From positions 53,940,001 through 54,004,000 of the forward strand of contig OX597821.1 of NCBI GenBank assembly GCA_951406725.2: DNA of 64,000 bases. The letters run 5' to 3'. The notes under the pieces were generated by a model. It did not search any database. It was given only the letters and a program-made list of their open reading frames with translations, and was not told the origin of the DNA. Made by a program: the position numbers and the translations under genes. Numbering within the stretch: the first letter of the stretch is position 1; every line of letters begins with the position of its first letter. The stretch is from Octopus vulgaris (taxonomy: Eukaryota). Below, in pieces: positions 12,057 through 25,127 of the stretch.

Positions 12057-13440
12057 AGCATGTTAACAGTTAAGTTATTTGTCCAGACATTCTACTCTGA
12101 ATTATTTCAACTTCCCTTTCCATCAGACCTTGATCTCCAGATATTTAAGTTTAACATTGGCAGCATCAAAATCACCAGTCTCAGAATAATGAAAAGATGA
12201 TGGGCGCTGGCTCTTTTTGTCTCATTTAACCTATTAAACAAGAACTATACACACAAACACACACAATTTCATGCACACATACATACAGCAACACACACAC
12301 ACACACACACACATACATGCACATGAGGCCCATATCAGCTGTGCATATCTGACTTTCTCCCATCTGATTTGGCCTGCACACCCCTATGCATATATTTCTT
12401 AATTTGAAGCAGGTTTAATAATTGAACAAAAGAGTTGAAGCGAGGAATTTGTGATAGCTAAAGAAGTCATTCCCAACAATAATTCAATATGTTGTTCAAT
12501 AATTCTACACTTTGAAATGTGTTTATGAAGTTTACTTAATTTATCATTTGATACAGTAAATTGATGAAAATTTGAAGCAGACTGCAAGCTAAATTTTCTG
12601 CTAATAACTAAAAATAATGGGTTAGTTTTCAAATTTAGCTTCATTAAAAAAATTGGAGATTTCAAAATATTTTAAATATTTTAATTATTTTTAATGACTT
12701 ACTGTAGGGAAGAAGTGATGTGACTTTTTTTACAAGCCACTGTAATTTTGGAAAGAAAGAAGTAAGCTATCACTTGACCATAATGCTTACAGCATAGTGG
12801 CTTCATTTAACCAGATGACAGATAATGTCAACCACCAAAGAAACAATCTCTTCAACAGGCTTTGGCTGTGTCCAATGACCAGATTGTACTCATGAAGCAT
12901 TGGTTAAAGCAGTCTATAGATAATACATGTAATTACATACTTCAAGGCTACAAATGCAAAATTAATAAAAGTTCTTGTTTGAAAAGTGACTTCATACGAA
13001 ACTCTAAGAATCACATCACAGAGGAGTCAATTTTGTAATTTAGCAACAACACACAACCGTTATATTCACACATTTTAGTCATTAGTAATCATTTCCATTT
13101 TTTTTTTTAATAGTCAAGTTTGTTATGCCAAAAAGTTCTGTCGCACTTCTATGACCTGATCACTGATAGTTACTGACTAAAAGTCTCTTCCACAATATAA
13201 TTAATGACATTGGAAGGCTATCATTTGATGGATTGGTGTCAGATGGATAGTTTTAATTTTTGACCTATTCAAGAACTGATATTTAGCTGAATTACAAAAT
13301 AGAAATAGTTTTTGATTTTTAAAAAACAAGTTAAAATAGTATTTGCCATTTGGATATTAATTTTAATGAACAGAAATTGATATCATGATTTGAGCTGTCA
13401 GTTATATGATGTGTCCAAACATAATGAAGAAATTGATGTA

Positions 13441-14322
13441 TTAGGTAGGTCATCAAGTATGAAATTTGCAGAAAGGAAAAAAACAGTTTCCTAACGTTTT
13501 ATTAATACAAAGAATAGTTTTATTCATCAAAGTATGCAGCCATATTATCAATACACTTTTGCCATTTCAGCAGTAGCTTGTCCAAGAGTCAGTAAAATCT
13601 TGGAAGGCTTGTTTTACAGCATCATTGGAATTAAATTTTTCTCCAATCAAAATGTTATCCAAATTCTGGAAGAAGTGGTGGTCAGTGGGGGAAAGATCAG
13701 ATGAGTAAGGTGGATAATGGAGAACTTCCAACATTGTGACGATAAAGTAGCATAATGCAGGCTTCCAAACGTTGCTGTTTCTGATTTTCATTGAGTTCAT
13801 GGGGAACCCACCTATCCAACTTTTTCACTTTACAGATTTGAACTAAGTGAGTCAATATTGTTCGCTTGTTAGCACCAAACAACAACAATAATTCACGGGC
13901 ACTTTGAGATGCTTTCAGTTTGTCACTATCCACCTTTGTTTCCAGTCGACTGCATTGCTCATTTATGCGGTCAAAGTTACCAGACTGAAATATTGAAAAC
14001 CAATTTGATACTGTCTGCTTTGTAATAACATCAGAATGAAATACTCCATTGATATTCCAAGCTGTCTGTGATGCTGAATTTCCTAGAAAGAACTCATATT
14101 TCAAAACTGTATGAATTTCTGACTTAGCCATCTCTAAACAAAAATAGCAAAAAACGATTTATAAATACTTTATAAAGTGCAAAATGAGTTAGAATAAAGA
14201 AATAGATGTACCAGCTTTCTAACAAAAAAATAAAGATTTTTAAAATATAATAATGGCGCAAAATGAGCAGCTGTCAAAGTTTACCATTTACTTTACTACA
14301 AATTTCATACATGACGACCTAA
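13441..14322 (-). mobile_element. Internally deleted mariner transposon
   Basis: TIRs ttaggtc(a/g)tca(a/t)gtatgaaatttg with TA flanks; N-terminal HTH ORF 13697-14131 with WVPHEL joined by deletion to LHYPPYSSDLSPTDHHFF. Confidence 0.92.
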
Positions 14323-15102
14323 TAAAGAAGGAAAATGTCTGTCTATTAAAAACTAGCTTAAAAGCTGCCCGATAAGAGGTCTCTTCATTGGGCCTTGGAC
14401 CTAACAATAACACTTCATGCATTGAGCACGTATTCAATTTTATTAAACTTGAACAATATTTTTCAGGCAATGAACAATTTTCATCAAAACAATGATAAAA
14501 TTTGTCAACTTAGAACTTAATGCAAAACTTCATGATAAGCAACATTTTCTGTCTTCTCATTCAGGGATCAGTACAATTTTTTTCTGTCTAACCTCTTTCT
14601 TTCTTTCACTCTCTCTCTTTCTGTTTTCAACTGTCACTATCACCAGTACCACCACCACCATTGCTACCACAACTGCCATACACACATCATTCAGACTTCT
14701 GACGCCACCACCTTTGACTTCACCGCCTTCCCCTCCACCACTGTCTTTCACATTTCTTACTATCACCATTGTCCATGACTGCTTCAGCTACTACCACCAA
14801 CATCATCACCGTCGCCGCTGCCTCTGCCTCTATCACAACTACAGCTCATACTATTACTACCACCCCGTTACCATTACATCTGCCAATCTACTACCATCTC
14901 TATGCCTACTATTACTCTTACCCCAACATGAGCAATAGTAGGAGTGTCAATGAATAGTGAGAGAGGGGGGAGCTGGAATGTGACACACTGACACACAGAA
15001 ATTAGTTTTCACATTTACTATATTAGATTAACACAAATAATGAAAACTACTAGGTTGTTGTTATATATAAGTAAATTTAAACAGGACTATGATTAAAAGA
15101 TT

Positions 15103-15370
15103 TCTTCTTCTTCTAACCGCTCAGTCGAAGTCGACTCTCGGTCACTCGTTGGATGAGTGTCCTCCAGTCGGTTCTATCCTGGGCCGCTTCTTTCAGATTG
15201 GCTATGTCCATTCTGGTATCACTCTTGATGGTGTCAAGCCAGCGGGTTCTTGGTCAGCCTCTTCCTCTCTTGCCACTGACCATTCTGAGCATGATGTCCT
15301 CCTCCAGGGATTTTCTCAGCATAATATGACCGAAATATGCCAATCTATGCTTGGTGATCCTAGCTTCTAG
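15103..15370 (-). mobile_element. 3' end of an RTE LINE with an (AAG)n tail
   Basis: LAYFGHIMLRKSLEEDIMLRMVSGKRGRG*PRTRWLD...AAQDRTDWR then agaagaagaa. Confidence 0.88.
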
Positions 15371-16454
15371 TGACATTTTACAAAAACTCAAATAATAGTC
15401 AAGGAAATATGTAGAAGGTACACTGGAATTTTGGATGCTATAATACATTTTCCATGATGCACTCTAGGATATATCTTATAGATTTTTAATGAAGACTGAG
15501 CATTTAGACAAATGTAAACAACTTGTTTTTGTAGAATATTTTATGTTGCTGGATTAATGAACCTGTTTCAGTCTTTCTATCAAGACTTCATCAGTGTCTG
15601 TGTAGCCTCATTAACTTTTCACAGATATACTGCTTATAAAGCCATATTGATTAATGCTTCAGAAAATGATGAATAAATTAACATATCCTTGGCATCACTC
15701 AGAGGCGTCAGTTTGATTAATAAATAACTAGTGCATCAACACTACTACTACTGTGTTATGATGCTAAGATGTGCAGAGAGATATCATTAGATGAGTTGTA
15801 CACATCTGTCAATATATATTGTTTTGGCTAAAAATCTCAAGAATTATTCTTTAATATACCATAACATCATAAAAATAACATTGTAAATACACCAGTGATT
15901 TAAAAGATATAAAGTTTGTACAAAACATGTCAGATAGATTTAATTATATTTATATAAAATAAAGAGAAGAAATACTTTTGCTTCAAATATTCAAAGTCAG
16001 TTACATTCATTTAAATTTCACAATAATTACAGGACAGCAATGATTCTCTTAAATATTCTATGACTTGCTTCAATAGCTGCTTTCTACGGTTAACAAGTTT
16101 TTTGAGATAATCAAACAATATGTGTTCATCATCAGCAGGAGCCTTCACTGATCAGATGGAATTTGCTGAGACAAATTTTTCTGTGGCTGGATGTTATTTG
16201 TGTTGCTGGTACTCACCTGTTTGTAAGGTGGGTAATATTTCCCCATGATCAGATAAGGTTTTCACAGAAGAGTGGAAATGAACAGCATTGCTTGTGTAAT
16301 GTTGTTGCTTGTTTACAGCCATCATGTGATGTCCCAGACACACACACATATATACATGCACACACACTCACACACACACATATATACATATATATAACAT
16401 GAGTTTGAACAGTGGATAGCATATTGGCTACATGCACACACACACGTATATAAC

Positions 16455-16613
16455 AGAATTCTTTCAGTTTCCATCTACCAAGTGCAGTTCCAAGGATTCA
16501 GTCAGCATGGAGCTATAGTAAAATACACCTGTTCAAGCTGCAACACAGTGGAACTGAACCCAAGAACACACAGTTGAGAAGCAAGCTTTTTAACCACACA
16601 ACCATTCCTGCAC
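16455..16613 (-). mobile_element. Diverged 5' half of SINE family A
   Basis: Similarity to the family A head (ggaactgaaccc...accacacaaccattcctgcac). Confidence 0.7.
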
Positions 16614-17522
16614 TTATTCAATATAACAGAATTTAAATGTAATTAAAGATAACTTAATAATAACTTTATAATAACTAAATATGCTGTCCTTTCTCAGATA
16701 TATAATCTTCCATTGAAATGAGTCCTTGAGCTACACTGAGATTTTTAGTAATTGAGTATACGTATCAGAAAAACCAGCTTTACACTTATTGATTGTCATC
16801 TTCCAATTAGTTCTAATATTCTGTTGAGAAGATGATAGCTTGTAGCTCTTTGGAAATGCGGTTTATTTGTTCAAGTGGTTAATTTAATTTACATATTGCT
16901 GTTAGTTAAGTAACTGTTAAACACTCACTTCACTCATACCACAACATGTTTCAAACTAAAACTTCACCATATTGAGATTAATCAGAAACAGACGTGTAAC
17001 AATAACTGTGAAATGTATCTTTTACTTCTGGACACATATAAGGACAAACTCAGATAGAAATAGCACATATGGTGTATTTTTTTTTATTTTGCCTTTTCAG
17101 ATTTTCATTTATAAGATTGTGGACATGCTGGTGTACTACTTTTGAAGATTTTTGCCAATTATATCAACAAGTGTTTATTTCAGTTTGGTAGTTTATTTAT
17201 CACCTATTATTGAAAGACTCAGCAAATTTATTTCCATAAAAACTCAACAGTTTTAACATGTAGCTTTACACCTGTATACTTTATATACTCTCACCCACTT
17301 GTATATATATATATGTATGCATATATACTTATATACATTTGTACTTATACACACACATACATATATAACATATATACACATACATACATCATACATATGT
17401 AATATAGATGTACATATATGGAACATAACACATCTTAATTCTTCTTGAGTTAATTCATAAAAAAATTTGCTCAACAAATACTTAACAATAATAAAAGATT
17501 TCAAAGCTTTGTCATCATTATA

Positions 17523-18130
17523 GGTGCAGGAGTGGCTGTGTGGTAAGTAGATTGCTTACCAACCACATGGTTCCAGGTTCAGTCCCATTGCATGGCACCT
17601 TGGGCAAGTGTCTTCTACTATAGCCTCGGGCCGACCAAAACCTTGTGAGTGGATTTGGTACACAGAAACTGAAAGAAGCCCGTCGTATATATGTATATGT
17701 ATATATATGCGTGTGTGTGTTTGTGTAATATACAGGGATGGTATTGCTAGTGATAAAATCAGAGCTGATGTATAGGAAAAGTGTATATCCAAAAAGCAAT
17801 TAGATTTAATAGTAGTAATATATGTATATATATATATATATATACACACATGTATGCTCTCAAAAAATGAATGAGACAGGCAGACACCCATCCACTCACA
17901 CTGATACACACACACATATACTCACAGATACATATACGTATATATATATATATATATACGTATATATATATATATCGCTTGACAACCGATGCTGGTATGT
18001 TTACGACCCCGTAACTTAGCAGTTTGGCAAAAGAGACCAATAGAATAAGTACTAGGCTTACAAAGAATAAGTCCTGCAGTCGATTTGCTCCAGCATGGCC
18101 ACAGTCCAATGACTGAAACAAATAAAAGAG
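17523..18130 (+). mobile_element. SINE family A interrupted by a ~255-bp templated insertion
   Basis: 5' half 17523-17719 and 3' half 17976-18130 match family A; the middle duplicates 18685-18982. Confidence 0.9.
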
Positions 18131-18157
18131 TAATATACATGATACAACATGGAAAAG

Positions 18158-18261
18158 ATCACATTGAAGGTATCAGTTACTGTCTGATCACTTAAGTTAA
18201 ACAATACCAAGCCTAGTTAATACTTAGATGGGGGACTACTTGGGAAACCTAAATGCTGTAA
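18158..18261 (+). pseudogene. Decayed 5S rRNA-derived sequence (pseudogene or SINE3 head)
   Basis: atcacattgaa...gtctgatcacttaagttaaacaataccaagcctagttaatacttagatgggggactacttgggaaacctaaatgctgta aligns colinearly with animal 5S rRNA (box A aagttaagca, box C ttggatgggtgacc), with many transitions. Confidence 0.85.
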
Positions 18262-18783
18262 TCATTAGATGCAATTAGATGTAAAAAGAAGCACCATATG
18301 TCATGACAGTGCTTCTGAGCCTCCATCAAGAGTAGAGGTTTGAAAGGAGAAAGAAAAAGCATGTATATATATATATATGCATGTTTATGCGTAGATTTCT
18401 ATGTATATCTCCATTTGAGGATGTATGACTTGTTCTTATGTTTTCCGGGTATGTTGTGTGTGATGTGTTTGTGTATAATGTGTGTTCGGAATTATTTGTA
18501 CATATAATCATTTAAGAAAAAGAGATGATAAAGGAAAAAGATGGCTATATTATGAATTTCATTGGCTTTCAACTGTTTCTGATATATGATGCAGTGTACT
18601 CATATTTAAGTGCCTGAATAATGTTCTGTTATTTCATTGGAGCCTTGAATATGAAGTGCAATTTATTTTGTAAAAAGAATTACATTTGTGTAATATACAG
18701 GGATGGTATTGCCAGTGATAAAATCAGAGCTGATGTATATGAAAAGTGTATATCCAAAAAGCAATTAGATTTAATAGTAGTAA

Positions 18784-18855
<72 letters not shown>

Positions 18856-18942
18856 TGTATGCTCTCAAAAAATGAATGAGACAGGCAGACACCCATCCAC
18901 TCACACTGATACACACACACATATACTCACAGATACATATAC

Positions 18943-18985
<43 letters not shown>

Positions 18986-21882
18986 TAAACATATACATGT
19001 CATCTTCTTTTTTTATTACCACTCTGTACTTGTCTAATACTTCATTCTGATGCATATGTATATTGAGTTCTACACCAGATTATTAGTCTCACAATGCTTA
19101 AGCAAAATATATAATCATTTATATAAAATTTGGGTGCAGCACTTTGGGTGAGTGCCGTGTGTTATGATCCTGGGTTGACCAGTATGTTGAGAGGGAATTT
19201 TGAATGGCAGCAATTGTCCATGTGTGTTCATGTGCATATTTATGGATGGGTGTACATGCATCTTTGTGTTTTTCACTGGTTGATAACTGGTATTATTTAC
19301 ATATTTACATATTTGTAACTTAGAAGTTCAACTAACAGAGACAAATAGAATAAGTATCATATTTAGAAAAGAAGTACTGGCATGGATGTGATCAACTAAA
19401 TCCATCAAAGTAATGCTCCATCATGTCCACAGTCCACTGCATGAAACTAGAAGTCAGATGAAATAAACATACGTGCAAATATCTGCTGGTGTTAGTTACT
19501 GAATCTTCCTAGCCATTCCCTTCATTGTAAATCTTTTGAACTGTATTTGGTCCGGTAACGAAATTGTAACCACCAAAGATATCATTTATAAAACTTGATA
19601 TAAAATAAGATAGTTTGCCTATATTTTTAATGGGTAAATCAGAAAGATATGATAGGCTTTAGTAAAAAAAGAATTAGTAATTCTCTTGGTTTTATGAAAC
19701 TCAATGCTGATTTCCAAAGCACTGATATGGATCACTGGGCCCCCAGTGAGAGGAAGATGGATATAGCTAAGTGTCTTGTAGTTCTAGAGATGTAAGGGAT
19801 TTGTCTTAAAAGATTAAAATTAATATTTATTAAGAATAACGAGGAGATAATAAGTGAAAATCCTCCCAAGTTATTTCTGAAAGATTGGATGATTTGAATA
19901 TTAATAATTTGTTTTGGGATTATGAATGAGGAATTAATAAATGATGTATCACTGCAATAGTAGATACTTACTCAAGATACTACCTAGTGGAATGACATCC
20001 AGAGACTGAAGGCTAAGAGGCAAATTTCTTAACAACTCTGCCATTAGTCACAATGTGTTGTGTGTATATAATGTACCAAATAATTTATAAGAACCTACTC
20101 TTTAAAACTAATCATTTGAATTAGCAAGCAAAGCTACTTTGAATTTTAGCATCTAAGCTCATCTGATGCTACAATAACAACAACAACAAAGTTTGTTGTG
20201 ATAATGATTTTTTTTATATACAAATTAGAAAGAATGCATTCATTGGAAGAAAAAAATATAAATGCAGATATTTGAAGAACATATTCTCTAGCCTTTTGTC
20301 TCTTACTTTAGTATTCACACACACACACACATAACTTTGACAATGTCTCGTTTACATATTAACCCATTGAAGTCTACATCTTGTAAATATATATCTCACG
20401 ATCAAACATCTCACAGTCATACAAGTTACAAATATTTATGTCTGCGATATAAATATCACATATATTTCACAAAGGTATATTTTACAGACTTATATCATTT
20501 AAACTTACATTGCATATATCTCACAGGCATACATCACACAAACATCTCATAGATGTACATCTCACAAAGACAGCTAACCGACAGAAAATAAATCAATACT
20601 ATCACATCTTAGCCAATCAGTTACAACATTTAATGTAACAGTGTGGTGATAAAAAGTACAACTGAAAGTGAATAACAATATCTATGAAGTTTATAGACTT
20701 TTCTAAATTCTTGAAGCCAAATCAGCAGAAATATCACCAATTTATCGTATATTTAGTTATCATTCCTTAGATAAAACAATGTTATTGATATAAATATTTA
20801 TTATTCTAATATTTGTCTCAGAAATATATTGATCTTAGTATACGAGACGGAAACTGATTTCTTTTAAGTAGGCACAAAGTCAATAGAGTCGTTTTAAGGA
20901 AACTTACACTCAAAACACATCATTACATAAATTCCTATTGGGTTTTATCTATCTTGCTGTGTTTGCAACATTGCTTTTCTCTTTTTTAAACTTTAAATGG
21001 ATTTATAATTAACAATTGTATCTCTTTAGATCTATAAAGCAATCGATGATTATTGCATGAATACTAATCTTTGATAGTTGCAAAGAAAATTGTTACAATT
21101 ACTTTAGCAAATCAACAAACAATTGATTAAACCCTCTTGTCAATAGAAGATCAATCAGCTGAGAAATAATGATAAATATTTTTCAATTTTCTTATCTTCT
21201 TTATTTATAATTTTGTGATAATTTCCTTTGCCTTGCAGGCAATTACTTTAATGAAAATAATTTATAACCATTCCAAATTAAATATATAACATTTTGTTTG
21301 GAGGTATTTCAATTCTACAGAGTAAATATATTAGAAAAATGATAGTTTATTAAACATTAAAATAAAAATACAAAATAAAATACTAAAATGTGATACAAGA
21401 TAATATGGAATTATAATTAACACATTTCTTTTTTTTAATTAGTAAGAAAAAGTTAATAACTTTGACAATGTCTCGTTTACATATTAACCCATTGAAGTCT
21501 AACTGTATTTAAATTTAAGCCTAGAGGAAAACACTCTACAAAGTTACTAGGAATCTAACATAAACAGATTTCCCAGGAAGTTTGTATTGATGTATTGATT
21601 CCAGTTTAGGATTTGAAAAATAATACTGATTTCATACGTTCACCAAAAATATGATAGGAAATGATATAGACATTGTATGCTACACCAATGTATTTCAAAG
21701 TCAACTCTAATGGGATATGAAGGGATATAACTAAAGTTAAGAAAACATTTAGTCTGGTATGCAGCTCCTTCTGCTACACAAATCCACAACAAAATCAATA
21801 ATAATTTTATATATTGTCACAAAATCTCAAATATTCGGAAGACGTAGTTTTTATATGTAGTTTCTATACATGCATATATATG

Positions 21883-21914
<32 letters not shown>

Positions 21915-21917
21915 TAT

Positions 21918-22022
21918 CGATAGGCTTCCTTCAGTTTCAGTCTACTGGATCCACTTGCAAGGCTTTGGTCAGCCCACAGTTATAGTAGAAGAAATTACCC
22001 AAGATGACATACAATGGGACTC
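21918..22022 (-). mobile_element. SINE family A fragment
   Basis: ggcttccttcagtttcagtctac...tatagtagaagaaattacccaag. Confidence 0.7.
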
Positions 22023-23009
22023 TTACACTGCGTGCCACTGTGCGATACCACCATGGGGCTCCAACTGAAGACCTTAGCCCAGAAGACAATAGGCAAACTC
22101 CGTGAGCCAACTTGGTTTGAGTGGAAGAAACAGTAGTTACAGAAATCAGAAGAGTTGGCAATAGCAAACAAAACCGTTGAGTATAAGCAAAATGCGCGAA
22201 TTTTAATTAAAAGGCAAATAAACAGTTCTTTGGAGAGGTTTTAGAGGGTTCTTTCATTTACTTCTGAAAGGTGCAGATTTCTTTTGGTGAGCTCTTCTTT
22301 TATTCACCAGTCTAACAATTTATTTTCTATCTCTTTTTTTTATCCTTCTTTTTGACTGGAATCTGTTGTTACTTCCAAATTTATATTAGTCCAGTAATCA
22401 TTCTGAATTTTTTACATTGCCAAGTTCACACTGACTGTTTTTGCAGAAAGTTCAAAATTGTCCACTGTTCACATTAACCGCAGACATTCACCATCACATT
22501 GAACTGACTTATAACAGTTCTCCTCATAGCAAAGATGCCACTGTTGGCATTAACCAGTGACAATCACTATTGCAATACACATCACACTTCTGACACCTAT
22601 TACTGTGTCAACTGTTCAACACAATCTGCTCAAACTCAACCACCTTGCATCGACTGTGTGGCACCGACCTTGGACAAACTATTCTCATAAACCACTCTTG
22701 CTGACTTCCATTACATCGTCTTCCAGCAGACTCCAAACCAACAGCCTCACACGTCAATGTCACACATCAGCTCCCAGCACAGACTCACTTGCCACATGTT
22801 CAACAGCAGTATTTATAGTTCGCCCTTAGAGTAGTAAAAAGCCAGCCAAATCACATTACCTATGCCTCAAACAATCACTTGACCACAATGAATTTTTTTT
22901 TTGTCTTACCTTGCAAAACCAAAGAGTGGTGTTCTATTTCAGGTCGTACAAAAGAGAAATTATCAGAATATATATTTTTCGTTCATAACATATATATATA
23001 TATATATTG

Positions 23010-23160
23010 ACAAGCTTCCTTCAGTTTCTGACTACCAGATCCACTTGCAAGGCTTTGGTCAGCCCAAGGTTATAGTAGAAGACTCTTGTCCTAGATTGCA
23101 TGCAATGGGACTGAACCTAGAACATTGTGATGGAAAGCAAGCTTCTTACCACACCTGCAC
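23010..23160 (-). mobile_element. SINE family A 5' half
   Basis: Family A head on the minus strand (gggactgaacc...cttcttaccacac). Confidence 0.75.
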
Positions 23161-23179
23161 CAATATCCATAAGCAGACT

Positions 23180-23870
23180 CTATGATAAAATTAGGAAAGA
23201 AATCTCAGGTGTAGAAGGAAAATTAAAATCAATAGGCCTTAAAGTTAAATCAGCAATGACCAAAGTTTTAGTCAGCAGGAAATCAGACAGGACTCTATTC
23301 CCATCACATAAATGGCCTAGTTCAGTCTGTAGGAAAGATGTTGTCAGGAATTTTATGCTGTGTACACACAAGAGGTTCAGCCGAATCACAGAAAGCCTGG
23401 CAGAAAAAGTAATGTTTATATATAGAAGATGCACAAGAGTAATGAATACTAAGGACACAGAAAATAGATTTTTTTCAGTTGCTTTGGATGCTCCCAGAAA
23501 TAGTAGGTAATTTCTATTGCCTAAGTAACCTAATTAGCAGTAGGGGTGAATATTCGGAAAGCTAGAAGCTAGAATAGGAATACGATGGCAAAAGTTCAGA
23601 GAGCTATTAGGTCTGTTGATAGTCTCTCTCAGAGTGAAAGGTAGATTTTATGATGCTGAGTACAAACGGTGGTGGTAGTGAAGTGTGACCCCTGTGTAAG
23701 AGCAGCAGTGGTAGCGAGATGTAGGCCCTGAATGCAGAGGATATATGAAAACTAGAGAAGAATGAAGCTAGCTTGCTTCATTGGATATGTCATGTCAGTG
23801 TGTCTGTATGACAAAGTGCTAATGTACTGAGATAAAAATTAAGCATAAGACGAAGCAGGTGTAGTGCTTT
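23180..23870 (+). mobile_element. Decayed RTE-type LINE fragment (post-RT region with a Cys-rich insert)
   Basis: KLKSIGLKVKSAMTKVLVS...KWPSSVCRKDVVRNFMLC; downstream ARIG..WQKFREL, LSLRVKGRFY and LEKNEASLLHWIC motifs. Confidence 0.75.
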
Positions 23871-24763
23871 CTCTGCATTAACCAGAGGGATGATACAAAA
23901 GATCTGAATTAATCTTGAAGACTTATTAGTAGTAATTACTTATGTTGGTTCGAAAGAGAGGACATTGATTATCATGATGTTCGCTTTTTTCATAAACGTC
24001 CTTTCTTTGTGACATTTATGATATCTGTTATAGCAGGAAAGATTAACTTAAATTTTGGGAGAAATGTTTAAATTACTTGTGATCTAACACTTAAATATTT
24101 CCCATGATTCAAAAAGCATTACATGTTTCCATGAAATTCAATGCTGTTTGACAGTTTTCCTTAGGCTAAATACTTTTCAGAATTATTCAGAAAGAAGTTA
24201 ATTCAATCTGTTTTAGCTGGTGATGTAATGTGAAACCGAAGCCGAAATTTTCCACTTTTTATGTTTGAATCAGTATGACATTAAATTATTTATCATTTAT
24301 ATAATATGCTCAACATGTCAATGTTATTCACAATACTTGCCAGTTTGCTTAGTTAATATGGAAACATTTAGCTTGCATACTTTTCGTTGTTTTTGAATCA
24401 AGAAAGTTAATGACTGATATAAAAATAAATCTGTAAGCTTTGACCCAAAAAACATGTCATTTTGCCACTGCAACTTTATATATGGAAACATCTCATTATA
24501 TGTAATTCTCTATTTCTGTGATTGTAAAAACCACTTTGCAAAAACACACACAGTAAAACTGCTGTATGTAAACATTTGTTGAGGAAAAATAAAATTTTGT
24601 ATACTTACTTTCATATATATATATATAGATATAAAATGGAAATATTTACTGCCTATCTTAAAAATAAAACTGGTTTTATCTAAATATATATATATATATA
24701 TATATGTAAAATTTTAGCATGTTTCAACTCTTTCTTATCTTCTTTACCTATATATATATATAT

Positions 24764-24992
24764 TATTAACACCATATACTTAATGTATATGCTTTGTGTG
24801 TTTTCTGGCGGCTGCAACACCATGGAGGAGTATATATACTCTAAAAGTGCTGGGTGTAAAACACCTCAGCATCATAGATAGGTGAGATAACTCACCCTCA
24901 ATCCCATTCAAGAGAGATGGACACCGGGTGTTTCACCATTTTTGTGGCTTTTCAACATCTGCCTAGGTATACTACAGCTGCTTTTATTCAAT
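24764..24992 (-). mobile_element. Short structured element between (TA)n tracts carrying a hammerhead fold (pLTR/retrozyme-like)
   Basis: Island richer in GC than its flanks, bounded by TA repeats; three hairpins (24828-24841, 24848-24871, 24881-24896) plus a hammerhead at 24915-24960. Confidence 0.7.
24915..24960 (-). ncRNA. Type I hammerhead ribozyme, U3:A8 core variant
   Basis: Minus strand: agatg-TTGAAAA-gcca caaaaa tggt-GAAA-cacc c ggtg-TC-catct; 5-bp stem I, 4-bp stem II, near-palindromic stem III, GUC triplet. Confidence 0.7.
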
Positions 24993-25018
24993 ATATAAAT
25001 ATATATACATATACATAC

Positions 25019-25127
<109 letters not shown>

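Noticed and set aside
16000-17010. Protein-like minus-strand frames (e.g. APADDEHILFDYLKKLV, PLEQINRISKELQAIIF), considered as pseudogene exons or editing-rescued stops
   Set aside because: Stop frequency is near chance for this AT content and no family was recognised.
22230-22400. Possible CENP-B/Tigger HTH remnant on the minus strand (KKEIENKLLDW)
   Set aside because: Too short and degenerate, with no TIRs or DDE region.
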